From: Octopus vulgaris
Lineage: Eukaryota
Assembly (NCBI GenBank): GCA_951406725.2
Contig: OX597827.1
Location: forward strand, 78,554,001-78,618,000
Direction: 5' to 3'
Length of the DNA: 64,000 nt
The translations under genes and the position numbers were made by a program. The notes below the pieces were generated by a model that saw only the letters and a list, made by a program, of their open reading frames with translations, was not told the DNA's origin and ran no database searches. Positions 25,624-38,834 of this stretch are shown here, piece after piece. Every line of letters starts with the position of its first letter. Position 1 is the first letter of the stretch.

Positions 25624-25917
25624 CAAATTTGACAAATGACCCACTGGGAGAGAAAGTATATTGGCTAGCACTATCCCAAAGTGTGTGTGCATGTGACCAG
25701 GGACCACATGTGAACATGTATCCCCAATGAAACTCCAAACTTGAGAGCTGTACCTTAACAACAAATGACAAATAACCTCGCCTGCTCTCTTTATTACTAA
25801 GGTTTAATTTTTTTGAAATTAGATTAACAAATTTGTGTAAATGATTTTGTGGAGTCCTTTATTTTATCACCTAATTTGCCTTGTAGATAGTGCTGGTTCT
25901 GGGGGAGGGTAACATTG
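25624..25917. repeat. ~295-bp direct repeat, copy 1 (copy 2 at 28294-28588)
   Basis: First ~120 bp identical; the remainder has scattered substitutions. Confidence 0.9.
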
Positions 25918-26270
25918 CAGGAGGGTGGCAAGATAGCAGAATCCTTAGCATGCTGGGAAAATTGCTTAGCAGTGTTTCTGAGTTCAAATTCTGCTGAGGT
26001 CGAATTTGCCTTTTATCCTTTCAGGGGTTGATAAATTAAGCACCAGCTGGACTTACCCTCCCCTCAACTCGCTAGCCTTGTGCCAAAATTTGAAATAAAT
26101 ATCTTTGATATGGAGGGAGGGAAGGGTTGTACCAGGGTATTCAGTGCCTCAGGTAACCCCTAATATGTGTTACTCCTCCTCCGCCCAGCCCTACATTGAG
26201 AACCACTTTCTCCAATATTTTTTTCTATGTAGTTTTCAGTTCAATTCTACAACATGGTACCTTGGGTGAC

Positions 26271-26504
26271 CGAGCGGCGACCTGCCAGAAACGTTAGCAC
26301 GCCGGGCAAAATGCCTAGCGGTATTTCGTCTGCCATTACATTCTGAGTTCAAAATCCCGCCAAGGTTGACTTTGCCTTTCATCCTTTCAGTGTCGATAAA
26401 TTAAGTACCAGTTGCACACTGGGGTCGATATAATCGACTTGATGCATTTGTCTGTCCTTGTTTGTCCTCTCTGTGTTTAGCCCCTTGTGGGTAGTAAAGA
26501 AATA
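26271..26504 (+). mobile_element. SINE family B with a 15-bp TSD
   Basis: ggtaccttgggtgac at 26256-26270 and 26505-26519. Confidence 0.9.
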
Positions 26505-26957
26505 GGTACCTTGGGTGACTGTCTTCAACTACACCCCTCGACTGACCAATGCCTTATGAGGGAATTTGGTTGATGGGGACTGTGTAGAAGCCTGTTCTAT
26601 ACATACATATATATATATATATATAATTTTGCGACCATGTTCGAAAATTCCTGGCGAAGTCTCTCCACAGTCCATGCTTTCCCACTGCTCTTGGTAACTA
26701 TGCCTTACTGAGGTTTGTATCATCTGAGGGTTCATTGATGAATGTTCAAGCAGGTCTTCCTTTACTGTATCGCCCATGATTTGGTTACCATATCAGTAGA
26801 CCGTGTATAACTTCCTAGTTTCTTCTCCAGCAATGTCCTGCGAACCATAACCATCTTGAGCAATATATATATATGCGCAGCGCTATGCGTGTGGCAAGTT
26901 TTTTACGGCCGAATGCCCTTCCTGAATATATATATGCAAACCATAAACATCCTTGAG

Positions 26958-27014
<57 letters not shown>

Positions 27015-27015
<1 letters not shown>

Positions 27016-27412
27016 GTGTAGGAGTGGCTGGCTGTGTGGTAAGTAGCTTGCTTACCAACCACATGGTTCCGGGTTCAGTCCCACTGCGTGGTACCTTGGG
27101 CAAGTGTCTTCTACTATAGCCTTGGGCCAATCAAAGCGTAGTGAGTGGATTTGGTAGACGGAAACTGAAAGAAGCCCATTCATATATATGTGTGTGTGTG
27201 TATATTTGTGTTTCTGTGTTTGTCCTCCCAACATCGCTTGACAACCGATGCTGGTGTGTTTATGTCCCTGTAACTTAGCGGTACAGCAAAAGAGACCGAT
27301 AGAATGAGTATTAGGCTTGCAAAGAATAAGTCCTGGGGTCGATTGCTCGACTAAAGTCAGTGTTCCAGCATGGCCACAGTCACATGACTGAAACAAGTAA
27401 AAGAGTAAAAGA
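27015..27412 (+). mobile_element. Full-length SINE family A
   Basis: Head, internal (TG)n and tail gaaacaagtaaaagagtaaaag. Confidence 0.9.
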
Positions 27413-27687
27413 ATATATATATATATATGTCTAGCGGTGTGTGTAACCCTCCACCACTGCTTGATAATTGGTGTTGGTTTGTTCATGCCTGTCCCCAACT
27501 TAGAGGTTTGGCAAAAAAGAGACAAACAGAACTGGGGTCATTTCATTCAACTTAAAACCCTTCAAGTAGATGCCCCAGCATGGCCACAGTCCAATGAGTG
27601 AAACAAATAAAAAAAGATCCTCCAATCATCATCTTAATCACACCAGTTGGAAAACTATTAAAATTAACTTGCAAACACCAAATCTAT

Positions 27688-27990
27688 GAAAACAATTCCA
27701 GCATGGAAGGTGTTTATAAACCATTTAAGAAACACACAAAACCGTTAGATTCACTTCAACATTTAAGTTTAATTTATCAAAATATTTTTGTCGCTTTGAG
27801 ATCACGACCTGTTCACTGACAAAACTTTGTGCAAAATATTTTGACAAATTAAATTTAAACGTTGAAGTGAATCTAACGGTTTTGTGTATTTCTTAAATGG
27901 CTTATAAACACCTTCCACGCTGCAATTGTTTTCGTTTCAGCACACGATCTCAGATCAGGTCACTCACTATGCAAGTACATCTCTGTAATA
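27688..27990. mobile_element. Fold-back element (~100-bp arms) with a variant hammerhead motif on the minus strand (27773-27823)
   Basis: 27688-27788 inverted at 27833-27933; minus strand reads tttgtca-GTGAACA-g-gtcg-loop-cgac-aAAAATATTT-tgataaa. Confidence 0.7.
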
Positions 27991-28293
27991 ACAAATCTAT
28001 GGTTTTATGAAAATACCGAAAACATTGAGGAAATCTTTTGCTGGACTAAATTTGGAACATTTGACACCAAATCATAACAAATCGTAACACCACAGGTCTT
28101 CTATCTTTCTTTATTCCAAGGGACCTCACTCCCTAATTGCACTTGTGGCAGCATTTATTTACCCAGGGTGGATTGAGCCAGCTCCAACTGAGTTCACCAC
28201 ATCCCTCATGAATGCCAACCATATCAGACGGTCGATCTTAACATTCCAGCAGGCAAAGCAATGCTTCTGCCTGTGGCCTGAAAATCGTGCTGA

Positions 28294-28588
28294 CAAATTT
28301 GACAAATGACCCACTGGGAGAGAAAGTATATTGGCTAGCACTATCCCAAAGTGTGTGTGCATGTGACCAGGGACCACATGTGAACATGTATCCCCAATGA
28401 AACTCCAAACTTGAGCTCTGAAAGTTAACAACAAATGACAAATAACCTCGTCTGCTCTCTTTATTACTACGGTTTAACTTTTTTTCGAATTCGATTAACA
28501 AATTTGTGTAAGTGATTTTGTGGAGTCCCTGATTTTAGCACCTAATTTGCCTTGTGGATAGTGCTGGTTCTGGGAGAGGGTAACATTG
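28294..28588. repeat. ~295-bp direct repeat, copy 2
   Basis: Matches 25624-25917. Confidence 0.9.
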
Positions 28589-28962
28589 TGAAACTAAAAT
28601 GACTAACTTATGAAAACGACTGGTGACAATAATCACTAGCAGAGGCAGAGACGTAAGCACCTAAAGTGAAGTGCCAGGCGATGGTGTTAAACCAAGAGAG
28701 AGTTTAAGTCTGTTACCCAGGTAAGCCATGGTGGGATTTGAACACAGAGCACAAAGATCCACAACAACCATTGCATGGCCTCCAGTCAGACGGTTTTACA
28801 TTGTCACCAACCCACCACCTCGAATTGGTATGTTGTTATTAACCTTGAAAGAATGAACGACCAAGTTGGCTTTGGCCGGAAATGAACTTGGCACAGAGTT
28901 GCATTGCCAGGTACTGGCGTGGTTTGAGAGGTGTAATGGTAGACAATGGTATAACTTGTCAC

Positions 28963-29177
28963 AGGCAGCGAGCTGGCAGAAACGTCAGCACGCTGGGCGA
29001 AATACGTAGCTGTATTTCGTCTGTCTTTACGTTGATTTCAAATTCCACCAAGGTCGACTTTGCCTTTCATCCTTTAGGGGTCGATAAATTAAGTACCAGT
29101 TACGCACTGGGGTCGATGTAATCGACTTAATTCGTTTGTCTGACCTTGTTTGTTCCCTTGTGGACTGTAAGGAAATA
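28963..29177 (+). mobile_element. SINE family B with a 15-bp TSD
   Basis: ggtataacttgtcac at 28948-28962 and 29178-29192. Confidence 0.9.
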
Positions 29178-29949
29178 GGTATAACTTGTCACTACTAGAA
29201 ACAGACTTGCCACAGATACAGTAAAACAATATTGTGACTTGTCATTGGTACAGACAGACATCAGTACTAGTCACACCTGTTACTTGCAGGCACTAACATA
29301 GGGTAGCCAAGGAAACAGGTAACTATTGGCATGTAGAGACATACATGTGGGTGGGCTACCACAGAGGCTTGGGAACGGGGACAGAGGGTAAAAGCATACC
29401 TCATAAAATTTTTGAGAGGTATTGAAAATGATTTGAACATCTTCCTGAAAAATTTCGTCACTAAATTGAATGAGTGTAGAAACATTTTTGAAGTGGTTTG
29501 AAACATTACTTTTCCATTATTGGATTTATCTTGTTTGATTGATGGACAATCCCACCCATGCCGGAATGGAAAGCGGATGTTGTAGCATGATAGACAAAAT
29601 ATTTAGCAGCATTTCGCTCATCTCTATGTTCTGAGTTCAAATTCTGCTGAGGTCGACCTTGCCCTTCATCCTTTCAGGGTCGATTTAATCAAATTAGCCC
29701 CTCTGGCAAAACTTCTGGCCTTGTGCCAAAATTTGAAACCATTATTACACTTGTGTTTATTTTGATATTGCGATCGAAAAAAAATATCGGTCGTTTGTAA
29801 AAAGTTTGGACCTGCGTTTGCAACCTCAAAACAAATTTTGTTCTTGCACTTAAGGGCTACCACTGATCAACCAATATGCATATTGGTTATCGTAATATAG
29901 ACATCATCCGATCTAACCTGTTATGTTATCAAAAAAATATAACAACTAC

Positions 29950-30206
29950 TTATATTCTTTTATTTGTTTCAGTCATTTGACTGTGGTCATGCTGGAGCAC
30001 TGCCTTTAGTCGAGCAAATCAACCCCAGGACTTATTCTTTGTAAGCCTAGTACTTATTCTATCGATCCCTTTTGCCGAACTGCTAAATTACAGAGGCAAA
30101 AACACAGACATGCAAGCATATACATATACAACAGGCTTCTTTCAGTTTCCATTTACCAAATCCACTCACAAGGCTTTGGTCGGCCTGGGGCTATAGTAGA
30201 AGGCAC
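29950..30206 (-). mobile_element. SINE family A, 5'-truncated or interrupted
   Basis: ttgtttcagtcatttgactgtggtcatgctggagcac...ctatagtagaaggcac. Confidence 0.8.
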
Positions 30207-31060
30207 TGAATAAGCTGAGCAGAAGAATGAATGGTAAATAAAGAACGAGATGAAGAGAGAGTTGTAATCAGTCAGGATTTATTTCAAAAGCAATGATACA
30301 TTACACATAGAAATTACATTGGAGATGTGGCTTCTAGAAAGTATATAGACATAATATACATGTACGGATACACAGACACACAAGACATGGAGAGGAGATT
30401 TGAAGGCTTTCATTGTCTAACAGGTCTGGTGATATCACCCAGCTCCAGTGAGAGTAAAGATTGGGCTGTCCTGGAATAGTTAGGGATTAGGCCAGGACCT
30501 GATCATTTCCATTTCCATGCTAGTGTGATCCAAAATAATGCACAGCAATATAAGTCTGGAGCTATTCCCCCACCCCCCATACAGAAAACTGAGTCAAATG
30601 ATTTGCCAGCAGACAGAAGACTAAACCAGCAGACACAGAGATTGAACTCACAACTCAGACATCTGGAGTCCAGCATTTTTATCCACTCAGCCATTGCACT
30701 TGGTGAGAGTCAACAAACACGTACAAACATAGACACACACACAGACAAGGAGCAACATGAAATGAAGATCCTTGCTGAAGGATATAACATGCTGTTCAGT
30801 CTGGGAACCAAACCTACAACATACTCAACTGAGATGAATGCCAGCGGTCACTGGGGAGTTAAGCTTGTGATAGACTAGCATCCCATCCAGGGACGTTGTG
30901 CTCACTTGTTTTGGTAACTGAAGGTCTTTTGGTCTAATGAGCCTATAAAGATACAACAGACTTTAACCTAAAGTATGTGTATGTATCCATATTTGTATGT
31001 GTGTGTGTGTAAATGCCAAACAATGAGTGCTCAATACCACATTGTTGGATAGAATTTCAT

Positions 31061-31244
31061 TATTTGTGTATTAAGGCTACCATTGGTTTCATGTTAAGAA
31101 AAGATATCTTAATATCCTAACAATTTTTTAAGCCGATCACATGAAGGGATGGTGTTTGTCTTCATGTGACTGGCTTGAGAAACTGTTAGGATATTAAGAT
31201 ATTTTTCTTAACATGAAACCAATGGTAGCCTTAATACACAAATA
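31061..31244. mobile_element. Fold-back element (~85-bp arms)
   Basis: tatttgtgtattaaggctaccattggtttcatgttaagaaaa pairs with ttttcttaacatgaaaccaatggtagccttaatacacaaata; retains a GAAACTGTT half-motif; ends at (TG)n. Confidence 0.75.
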
Positions 31245-32424
31245 TGTGTGTGTGTATGGAGACCCCCCAGTATATTACAGGTACCAATTTTATTACACAC
31301 ACATATAGATGATGCTAAGATTTGAACCCAGATTAGTTGAAACAGCAAATTAATTAACGAGGACCTTTTAATTCAGTTTGTTACTGACTCTATATGTTTC
31401 CCAAAATATGTGAATGATGTGGGTGTCTTGCAAGGTCTCAGGGTCCAGTCTTTGGCTCTGGTTCCATAGATTAATGGCTAAATCTAATCTACATCCTTGT
31501 GGGATCCCAGTCTATATGGCAGGTAACGGTCTCAGATAATTAACTGGATGAACAATGACACACCTGCAGTGAATTACAACTCACGACCTCTGGGTAGGTA
31601 GTCTTATGCTTTACAGATTCGTCAGTCTTCCTAGATACATACACACACACACACATATTTTATATATATATACATACATACATACATACATACACATGAA
31701 CATTTTCTACAGACAAACATGCTTGCATGTGTGTTGATAGATATTGTACAGAAATGATCTTTGTATATACACTTGTTCATTATGTATGGACATTGATTAT
31801 ATAATACAAAAATGCAGATGTATGCATAGTACTGTATGCAAATATATATATGTATATATATATACACACACACACACGAGAGTATGTGTGTGCGTGTGTG
31901 TGTATATATATATATATACACACACACCCACACAAACATGCACAAATAATCTATACATACATATATATAGAGAGAAGCACATAAAATATATAAAATATTT
32001 TTCTGTATGTAAAGAAAACATGTAACCACAGCATGTATACACCTATGTACACACACACACACACATATATATATACACACACACACATATATATATATAT
32101 ACACACACACATATATATATATACAAATTTACAGAAGCACATACCAACGTGATGACAGTGACACACACTTACATACATGTCTCTATATATACACTCTCAG
32201 ATAAACATATACTACACACACACATGTATTTTCTCTGTGTGTGTGTATATATATATATGCACATTTTTTATATAAACACATGTGTACATGGATATACATC
32301 ATCACCATTTAACATCCATTTTCCATGCTGGCATGTGTTGGATGTTAGATTAATATATAATATATATATATATATATATAAATGTGTGTGTATGTGTAAT
32401 GTAGTTCGCTCGAAGCATTGTGAC

Positions 32425-32723
32425 ATCAAAGAAGGTAAAGGAAAGCTTCTGACAATGTGGAAAGTCTAATGGAACCATTGTATTTTGGGTTCAAAGCCCC
32501 GTCTTCAGAAGGAAAGAACAGTCTGAGAAAAGTCCAGTTATGTAGTTTCTGTTAAACCCATTCAAAAACATATTTGAATGGGTTATTGGAACCTACATAA
32601 ATGGATATTTCCCAGACTGTTGTTCTTCTGAAGATGGCATTTTGAACCCAAAATACAAAGGTTTTATTAAATTTTCCGCATTGTCAACAACTTTCTATTT
32701 TCTCTCTTTTTACCTTCTTTGAT
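32425..32723. mobile_element. Fold-back element (~140-bp diverged arms) with CTGAAGA cores on both strands
   Basis: TCTTCAG 32502-32508 and CTGAAGA 32628-32634; centre aacccattcaaa...tttgaatgggtt; ends at (TA)n. Confidence 0.7.
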
Positions 32724-32820
32724 ATATATATATATATATGTATATACACACACACACACATGCATACATATATATATATATATATACATACATACACATT
32801 CATATGCATGTGTGTGTGTA

Positions 32821-33019
32821 TAGGGTGTTCATAAATTATCGTTACAACTTTCCTAATTTCTTAAACGTATGTGTCACGTGCAACTGTGGAAATTTCCTGA
32901 TGTTTCTAATAAAACTTTATTTGCCTTATTATCTTCTCCAATAAACTCCGCTGAGTTATACTTTTCCAATGTTTGTTTCTGAATATTTCAAATTGTAAAG
33001 GTATTTTATGGACACCCTA
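32821..33019. mobile_element. Tc1/mariner-type MITE (~200 bp)
   Basis: tagggtgttcataaattatcgttacaa / ttgtaaaggtattttatggacaccctat TIRs with TA flanks. Confidence 0.75.
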
Positions 33020-34145
33020 TATCCAGTGTGTGTGTATGAAACCAAGCCCATCAACTCCCAAATGATGGCTCCCATGGTCTAACAAAGTGTTTTAGGGTTA
33101 CAAGATGTTATACAGTGATGACTGTATATAATGACACACCATACAGTGGTTGGTTATACATTGAAATGTCAAACAGATACGAGTGTACAGTAGCGTTGAG
33201 AGTTCACTAACATACAGCTACCAATTTGCTGCTGTGAGACATTGTACAGAGGGAAAGGAGAAAAGGAGAGAGGGACTTAGTATTTGAATTAAGGCTGGTT
33301 TAATAGGTTTGGAGGAAGTTGGGGAGAGGAAATGTTTTTGTTTTTCTGTAGAGCAGATCAGAGCGAAATGATTTTTGCTGTTGTTGTGATATTGAAAGAT
33401 TGAGAGAGATAGAATAAAAGTTGGTTACATAAAATATTTTGTTAATAAACAAAAAGTTGTTTTTTTTCTAAAAAGAGGCAAAAATAAAAATAAATAATAT
33501 ATAAATAAATAAATTAAAAAATTAACAAATAAAACAGTAAAAATTAAAAAGAAGAAAAGTTTTAAAAGAAAAAGCAAAAAAAGAGAAAAAAATCACTGAA
33601 AATTGCTTCAAAGTGCAAAACTTTTGAGTTCAGCCATTATAAAAACCAGTTTTGACTGGTCAAATACCGTCGCTTGGATGGTTTTTTTAATATTTTTTTT
33701 TTTTGACAGATGTATCCTGAGAATTTTAAAAGTGTCACAAAGATGACTAGTAATTAATGAGTTTTAGAAGAGGGGACAGAAATGAGAAGGGATTCGTTTA
33801 CATACATGAAATATAATCAACTGTTACTTTTATTTTATCAATTTACAAGTTTTGCTTTGTTTTTTTGTGGGGTTTTTTTTTCTTCCTGGAATTTTGTTTT
33901 TCATTTTCCCCAGGATTTTATTTTGAGATTTTTCAGATGTAATTTCAAGGTAGTGGGGGAGGGGGGTAATCAAGGGGGGTGGGCAGGTGGAGGTGTGATT
34001 TCATTATTCTTCTTTTATTAATCAATTTCTTCAAATAATATATTTTTTTGCCTTGAGTGAAGCCCAAGGGTTAGGCCTTCATTTAACTCCTTTCAGTAAA
34101 CTTATCAAACATCAAATATTTGTGATAACATAGTATAATCATTAC

Positions 34146-34181
<36 letters not shown>

Positions 34182-34919
34182 ATGGCAGCATGCAAACAGA
34201 ATCACTGGAACATTAGAAAAAAAACACCTTGAGCTATTTGTTCCAGCATTTTGCTCAAGTTCAAATTCTGCCAAGGTCAACTTTACCTTTCATACCTCCT
34301 GGGTTGATAAAATAAGGTACCAGCCAAAATTGCAGGCCTTGTGCCTTAAATGATTATTATTATTATTATTATTATTATTACTACTACTATAGGATAACCT
34401 TAGAATGTAGGGTTATGTAATTTTTAGAAACTGATTTATATCAAGGTCTGAAAATTACCCATAATGCAAGCTGATAACATCCTTGTCTACTAGAAGCAGG
34501 CAGGGGTTAGTTACTATAAAATCCCTTAGGGAGATATCAGCTTTAGTAGAAGAAAGAAAAAAACAAACAAACAAAAAGCTGTAAACAGTATTAAATTGTG
34601 TGTGTGTGTGTTTGTGTGAAACTAAGAGTGTGTGGGTGCGAGTGGGTGTATATGTAAAAGTTTTGTGTGTTTAATGTATGCGTATATATGAATATAGCAT
34701 TATATGACCCCTGAGATATCATTTGATGGCATGTGACACACACACACACACAAACACAAACATGTTGGGTATATATATATTTATAAAAACATATCTTGTA
34801 TATTACACAGCAGATACATAAATGTATGCAATATATACACACACAATGAATATATGGAGCACATAAAATAAAATTTAGTGTGTCTATGCAGCACATAAAT
34901 GTATATACATGTGAGTGTG

Positions 34920-34960
<41 letters not shown>

Positions 34961-35626
34961 GGGGAGAGAAAGAGGAGTGTGTGCTACATATAATAATTCA
35001 TATAGTATATGTCCATGAATGAAAGTGTGTGTGTGTGTGTGTATACATACATATATATATATATATTACACGTACAATGCAGTGTATATGAGTCCATACA
35101 GGTATACCACTGATTTTCCGGATGCCTTTTATAATCTGCACCAATCTACATGCAGCAACTTCAAATTCTAATGTCCACCAAAATAGTTGACCACTGCCAC
35201 ACACAGTACAGTGTTAAAAAACTTGTATCGCTTCTACTAATGTACAGGTGGTTGTATTTGATTTTAATTATGTAAGTAAATTAGTGTTTAATTTAGAAGT
35301 GGAGGTACGTGGCTTAGGGGTTCGAGTGTTGGACTCATGATTGTAAGATTGTGGTGTGTTCTTGAGCGAAACACTTCATTTCACATTGCTCCAGTCCACT
35401 CAGCTGGCAAAAATTAGTAATTATGCGACAGACCATCGTCCCGTCCAGGTGGGGAATTTCTACGCCATTGAAACCAGCCCTCAGGAGCCTGGCATGGCTT
35501 GAGAAGGAAACATATATTATTTATTTTATTTAATTCAGAGTGTGACCACCATTGGTTCACAGATTTCAGTAGTAATCTGGAATGGCTCTGGTTCAAAGGT
35601 TCCTGAAGATCAATGGTGTACCTGTA

Positions 35627-35680
<54 letters not shown>

Positions 35681-36761
35681 CACATATATATTTATATATA
35701 CACATATATATATGAAAACATAAGCAATATTATTCTCTCCAAATATTCATTTGACCCGTGTAGCATTAAAAAAACTTCAAAAAAGATTCTATGAAACAAA
35801 AGATTCAGGATCTAAACTCAGCCAAGAAGCAAGGGTTTGAACACGCTTTCCTTTAGACACACATATATACATACACATATGCAAACACACACACACATAT
35901 TTGTATATATGGGTGTATAAGCATGCACTTAAAAATTAAATTATATGTACATATCAACCATTTCTACATACATAAATACATATATACACGCAGATATAAA
36001 TTACACACACATTCTAAACATTGAATCACGAGACTTCAGTTTACATGGAACTTGGTGCCATTTTCATTGCAGAAATGTCAGGTAGGCACCATTCTGTGGC
36101 ATCAAAGTCACATGTGATAATGGGTACATCAAAGGTACTTCTGGTGAAGTTTCAAAACCCGTACTTGGGTACGTTGGTGATACAGCATTCAACACACACA
36201 CAATTAATAAACAAAGGTTCTCTGGTGTTGTGGCATTGATCATGATGTGGATCTTGAAGTATGCGTGTGTATATAATAAGTGTGTGAACAGAATTTGGTC
36301 TGGGTGTGATCATTGTGATATCTATGGGCTTGTTACTATATCAGATCCACAGAAATAATTTACATTCACTCTCAGTTCTCTGCTACAGTGTTTCTAGAAC
36401 ACAGTTTGTCTCTGTAGAAATATCAATATTCTGTTAAATCATCTTCATTGATAAAGCTGTATGACTTAGTGATGGTAACCAAGGAGACAGAGCTAGCCAT
36501 CAGCAGAGGAGAATCTCTCTGTGTTAAGGATGAAAGATGTCAGGAAATTGCATGGGAGTGGGATAGACTCAGTTGTAGGGGACCAGTAGAAGGAATAGAC
36601 CCAGATTTAAAGGACTAGTAAAGGAACAACGATCCTAAAATATCATATTTTACTTTGTCAATGAGCGATTTGTGTGTGGACGATGTTGGAGTAAAAGCAT
36701 TAAGAAGTCTGTCTAAACACTTTCACAATTATTATTTGCATTGAATGACATAATTAATATG

Positions 36762-36806
<45 letters not shown>

Positions 36807-36978
36807 TCTCAATTAAGCCCATAACTTGTTTATTTTCAATGTTGTATCTTCTAATTTATACTGACGAGAATCAGGAGGTATCAAAGTCAAGAGGTCAAAT
36901 CTGATGTACAAAGCTTCAATGGGGGTAAATCCTCAGGGATGTGAGCCTTATGTAAAAATAAATAGTAAATTGGGAACT

Positions 36979-37375
36979 AGGCGCAGGAGCGGCTGTGTGG
37001 TAAGTAGCTTGCTTACCAACCACATGGTTCCGGGTTCAGTCCCACTGCGTGGCATCTTGGGCAAGTGTCTTCTGCTATAGCCCCGGGCCGACCAAAGCCT
37101 TGTGTGTGGATTTGGTAGACGGAAACTGAAAGAAGCCTGTCGTATATATGTATATATATATATGTATGTGTGTGTGTGTCTGTGTTTGTCCCCCTCGCAT
37201 TGCTTGACAACCGATGCTGGTGTATTTACGTCCCCGTCACTTAGCGGTTCGGCAAAAGAGACCGATAGAATAAGTACTGGGCTTACAAAGAATAAGTTCC
37301 GGGGTCGATTTGCTCAACTAAAAGGCGGTGCTCCAGCATAGCCGCAGTCAAATGACTGAAACAAGTAAAAGAGTA
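36979..37375 (+). mobile_element. Full-length, young-looking SINE family A
   Basis: ggcgcaggagcggctgtgtggtaag...ggttccgggttcagtccc; CpGs retained. Confidence 0.9.
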
Positions 37376-37573
37376 ACTAATATACTTATTAATATACTAT
37401 TAGTGGGCTAAGAAATGTTAATTAATTAAAATTACAGACTTAACGAGGGGAAAAAAGCCATTATTTTAATGATTAGCTTAAGTCAAGAGAGACAGAGAAC
37501 ACAATTGTGAACTTTAAATAAAACATATGTTGTGGAATAAGGAGTGAGTCTAATCTTTGGCAATGTAGTGATA

Positions 37574-37616
37574 ACTCCAGACATGTTTCACTCTTATTGG
37601 ACCTCACCAGTGCAGC
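37574..37616 (-). ncRNA. Degraded minimal hammerhead motif (PLE-type)
   Basis: gctgca-CTGGTGA-ggtc-caataa-gagt-GAAACATGTC-tggagt; A6 is mutated; stem III palindrome ACATGT. Confidence 0.5.
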
Positions 37617-38696
37617 ATAATTTAACTGTTACTGATATATAAAAGATTTTTGTAGACAAACACTGAGTGACATAATAACTTATAAAGAACGATGGGGATG
37701 GAGGGGAGTAGCAAGGGATTCTTGCTACAACAAAAATAAATAGGAAATGGTTCACTAGATATTACTCTGCTTGCTCCAAATAGTCCCAGATAAAAATAGA
37801 GGTCAGCCATTTTTCACAACTAAATAATTACTGTAAAATGGACAGTCAACCAAGAAAATAGTTACCTCAACAACTGACTTGCAAAATATCCAAATTTTCA
37901 AAAGCTAAATCCATTCCACTCAAGACATATCCATATCAACTGTAGTTGCACATTATAATCAATGAGTTTTGGTGACAGAGAGCATTCTGAGAAGAGACGG
38001 ATTCCATCAAAATGGCTTAGCTTTCACATGGTACACAAAACACAGTCTTCAACAATCCAAGAAGACTTAAGACATTTTTTTCCCACCAGAGCAAAATATT
38101 GGAAAAAATAAACAAAAGACATAATTTTTAAAAATTCAGTTAAAACTTTAGAGAGTCATATTGCTTACGGACAGACAAAACGAACCTAATTTCAAAGATC
38201 TCTCTCATTTTGGGAAATATAGGCAGGGAAGGAAAACAAAGAAAGAGACAGAGTTGAAAAAAAAAAAAGGAAAAAAAAACACCATTCTATGCACTTGGCA
38301 TGGCACAATCCACTTGGTTTCTTCTGTGGTGGTCACGTCATAGTTGCAAGATGTCAGCAATGAAAGCAACAGATAAGCTAATAAGCAACTCTAACGAACA
38401 GGTGGATCTTTTTTCACTTTTGTAATTAATGTTTAAAGAAATTGGATAATTTTATAACGAGGGAAAAGAAGCAGTAGGTGGAATAGGGTAGGGTGGGGTA
38501 GGGTATTTGGTTTAATGAAAATCAATAAGAAGAATATTGAACTGTTTGATATTACCAGAACTTATTGGACAGGTTTTAGTGGGAGAATTTATGGGTAGAA
38601 ATGAGAAAATAAAAACAGCTTTGGAAGTATTTATCTATATAGATGTGTGTGTATGAGACAGAGAGTATATATATGTATGCATGTGTGTTTGTGTAT

Positions 38697-38731
<35 letters not shown>

Positions 38732-38834
38732 CATATCAACTAATGAGGGTGAGAAAGTTGGATACTAATTTAATAGTACATCCATTTAACACCAAGTGGC
38801 TTAGTGCATAAAAAACCCGGATTACAATACATTT

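Noticed and set aside
30207-30511. Possible solo LTR, or distal poly(A) site (minus-strand AATAAA at 30278-30283)
   Set aside because: No TSD, second copy or transcript evidence to distinguish or support either reading
36979-37050. tRNA-like A/B-box sequences
   Set aside because: Heads of multi-copy SINEs; no complete cloverleaf or acceptor stem
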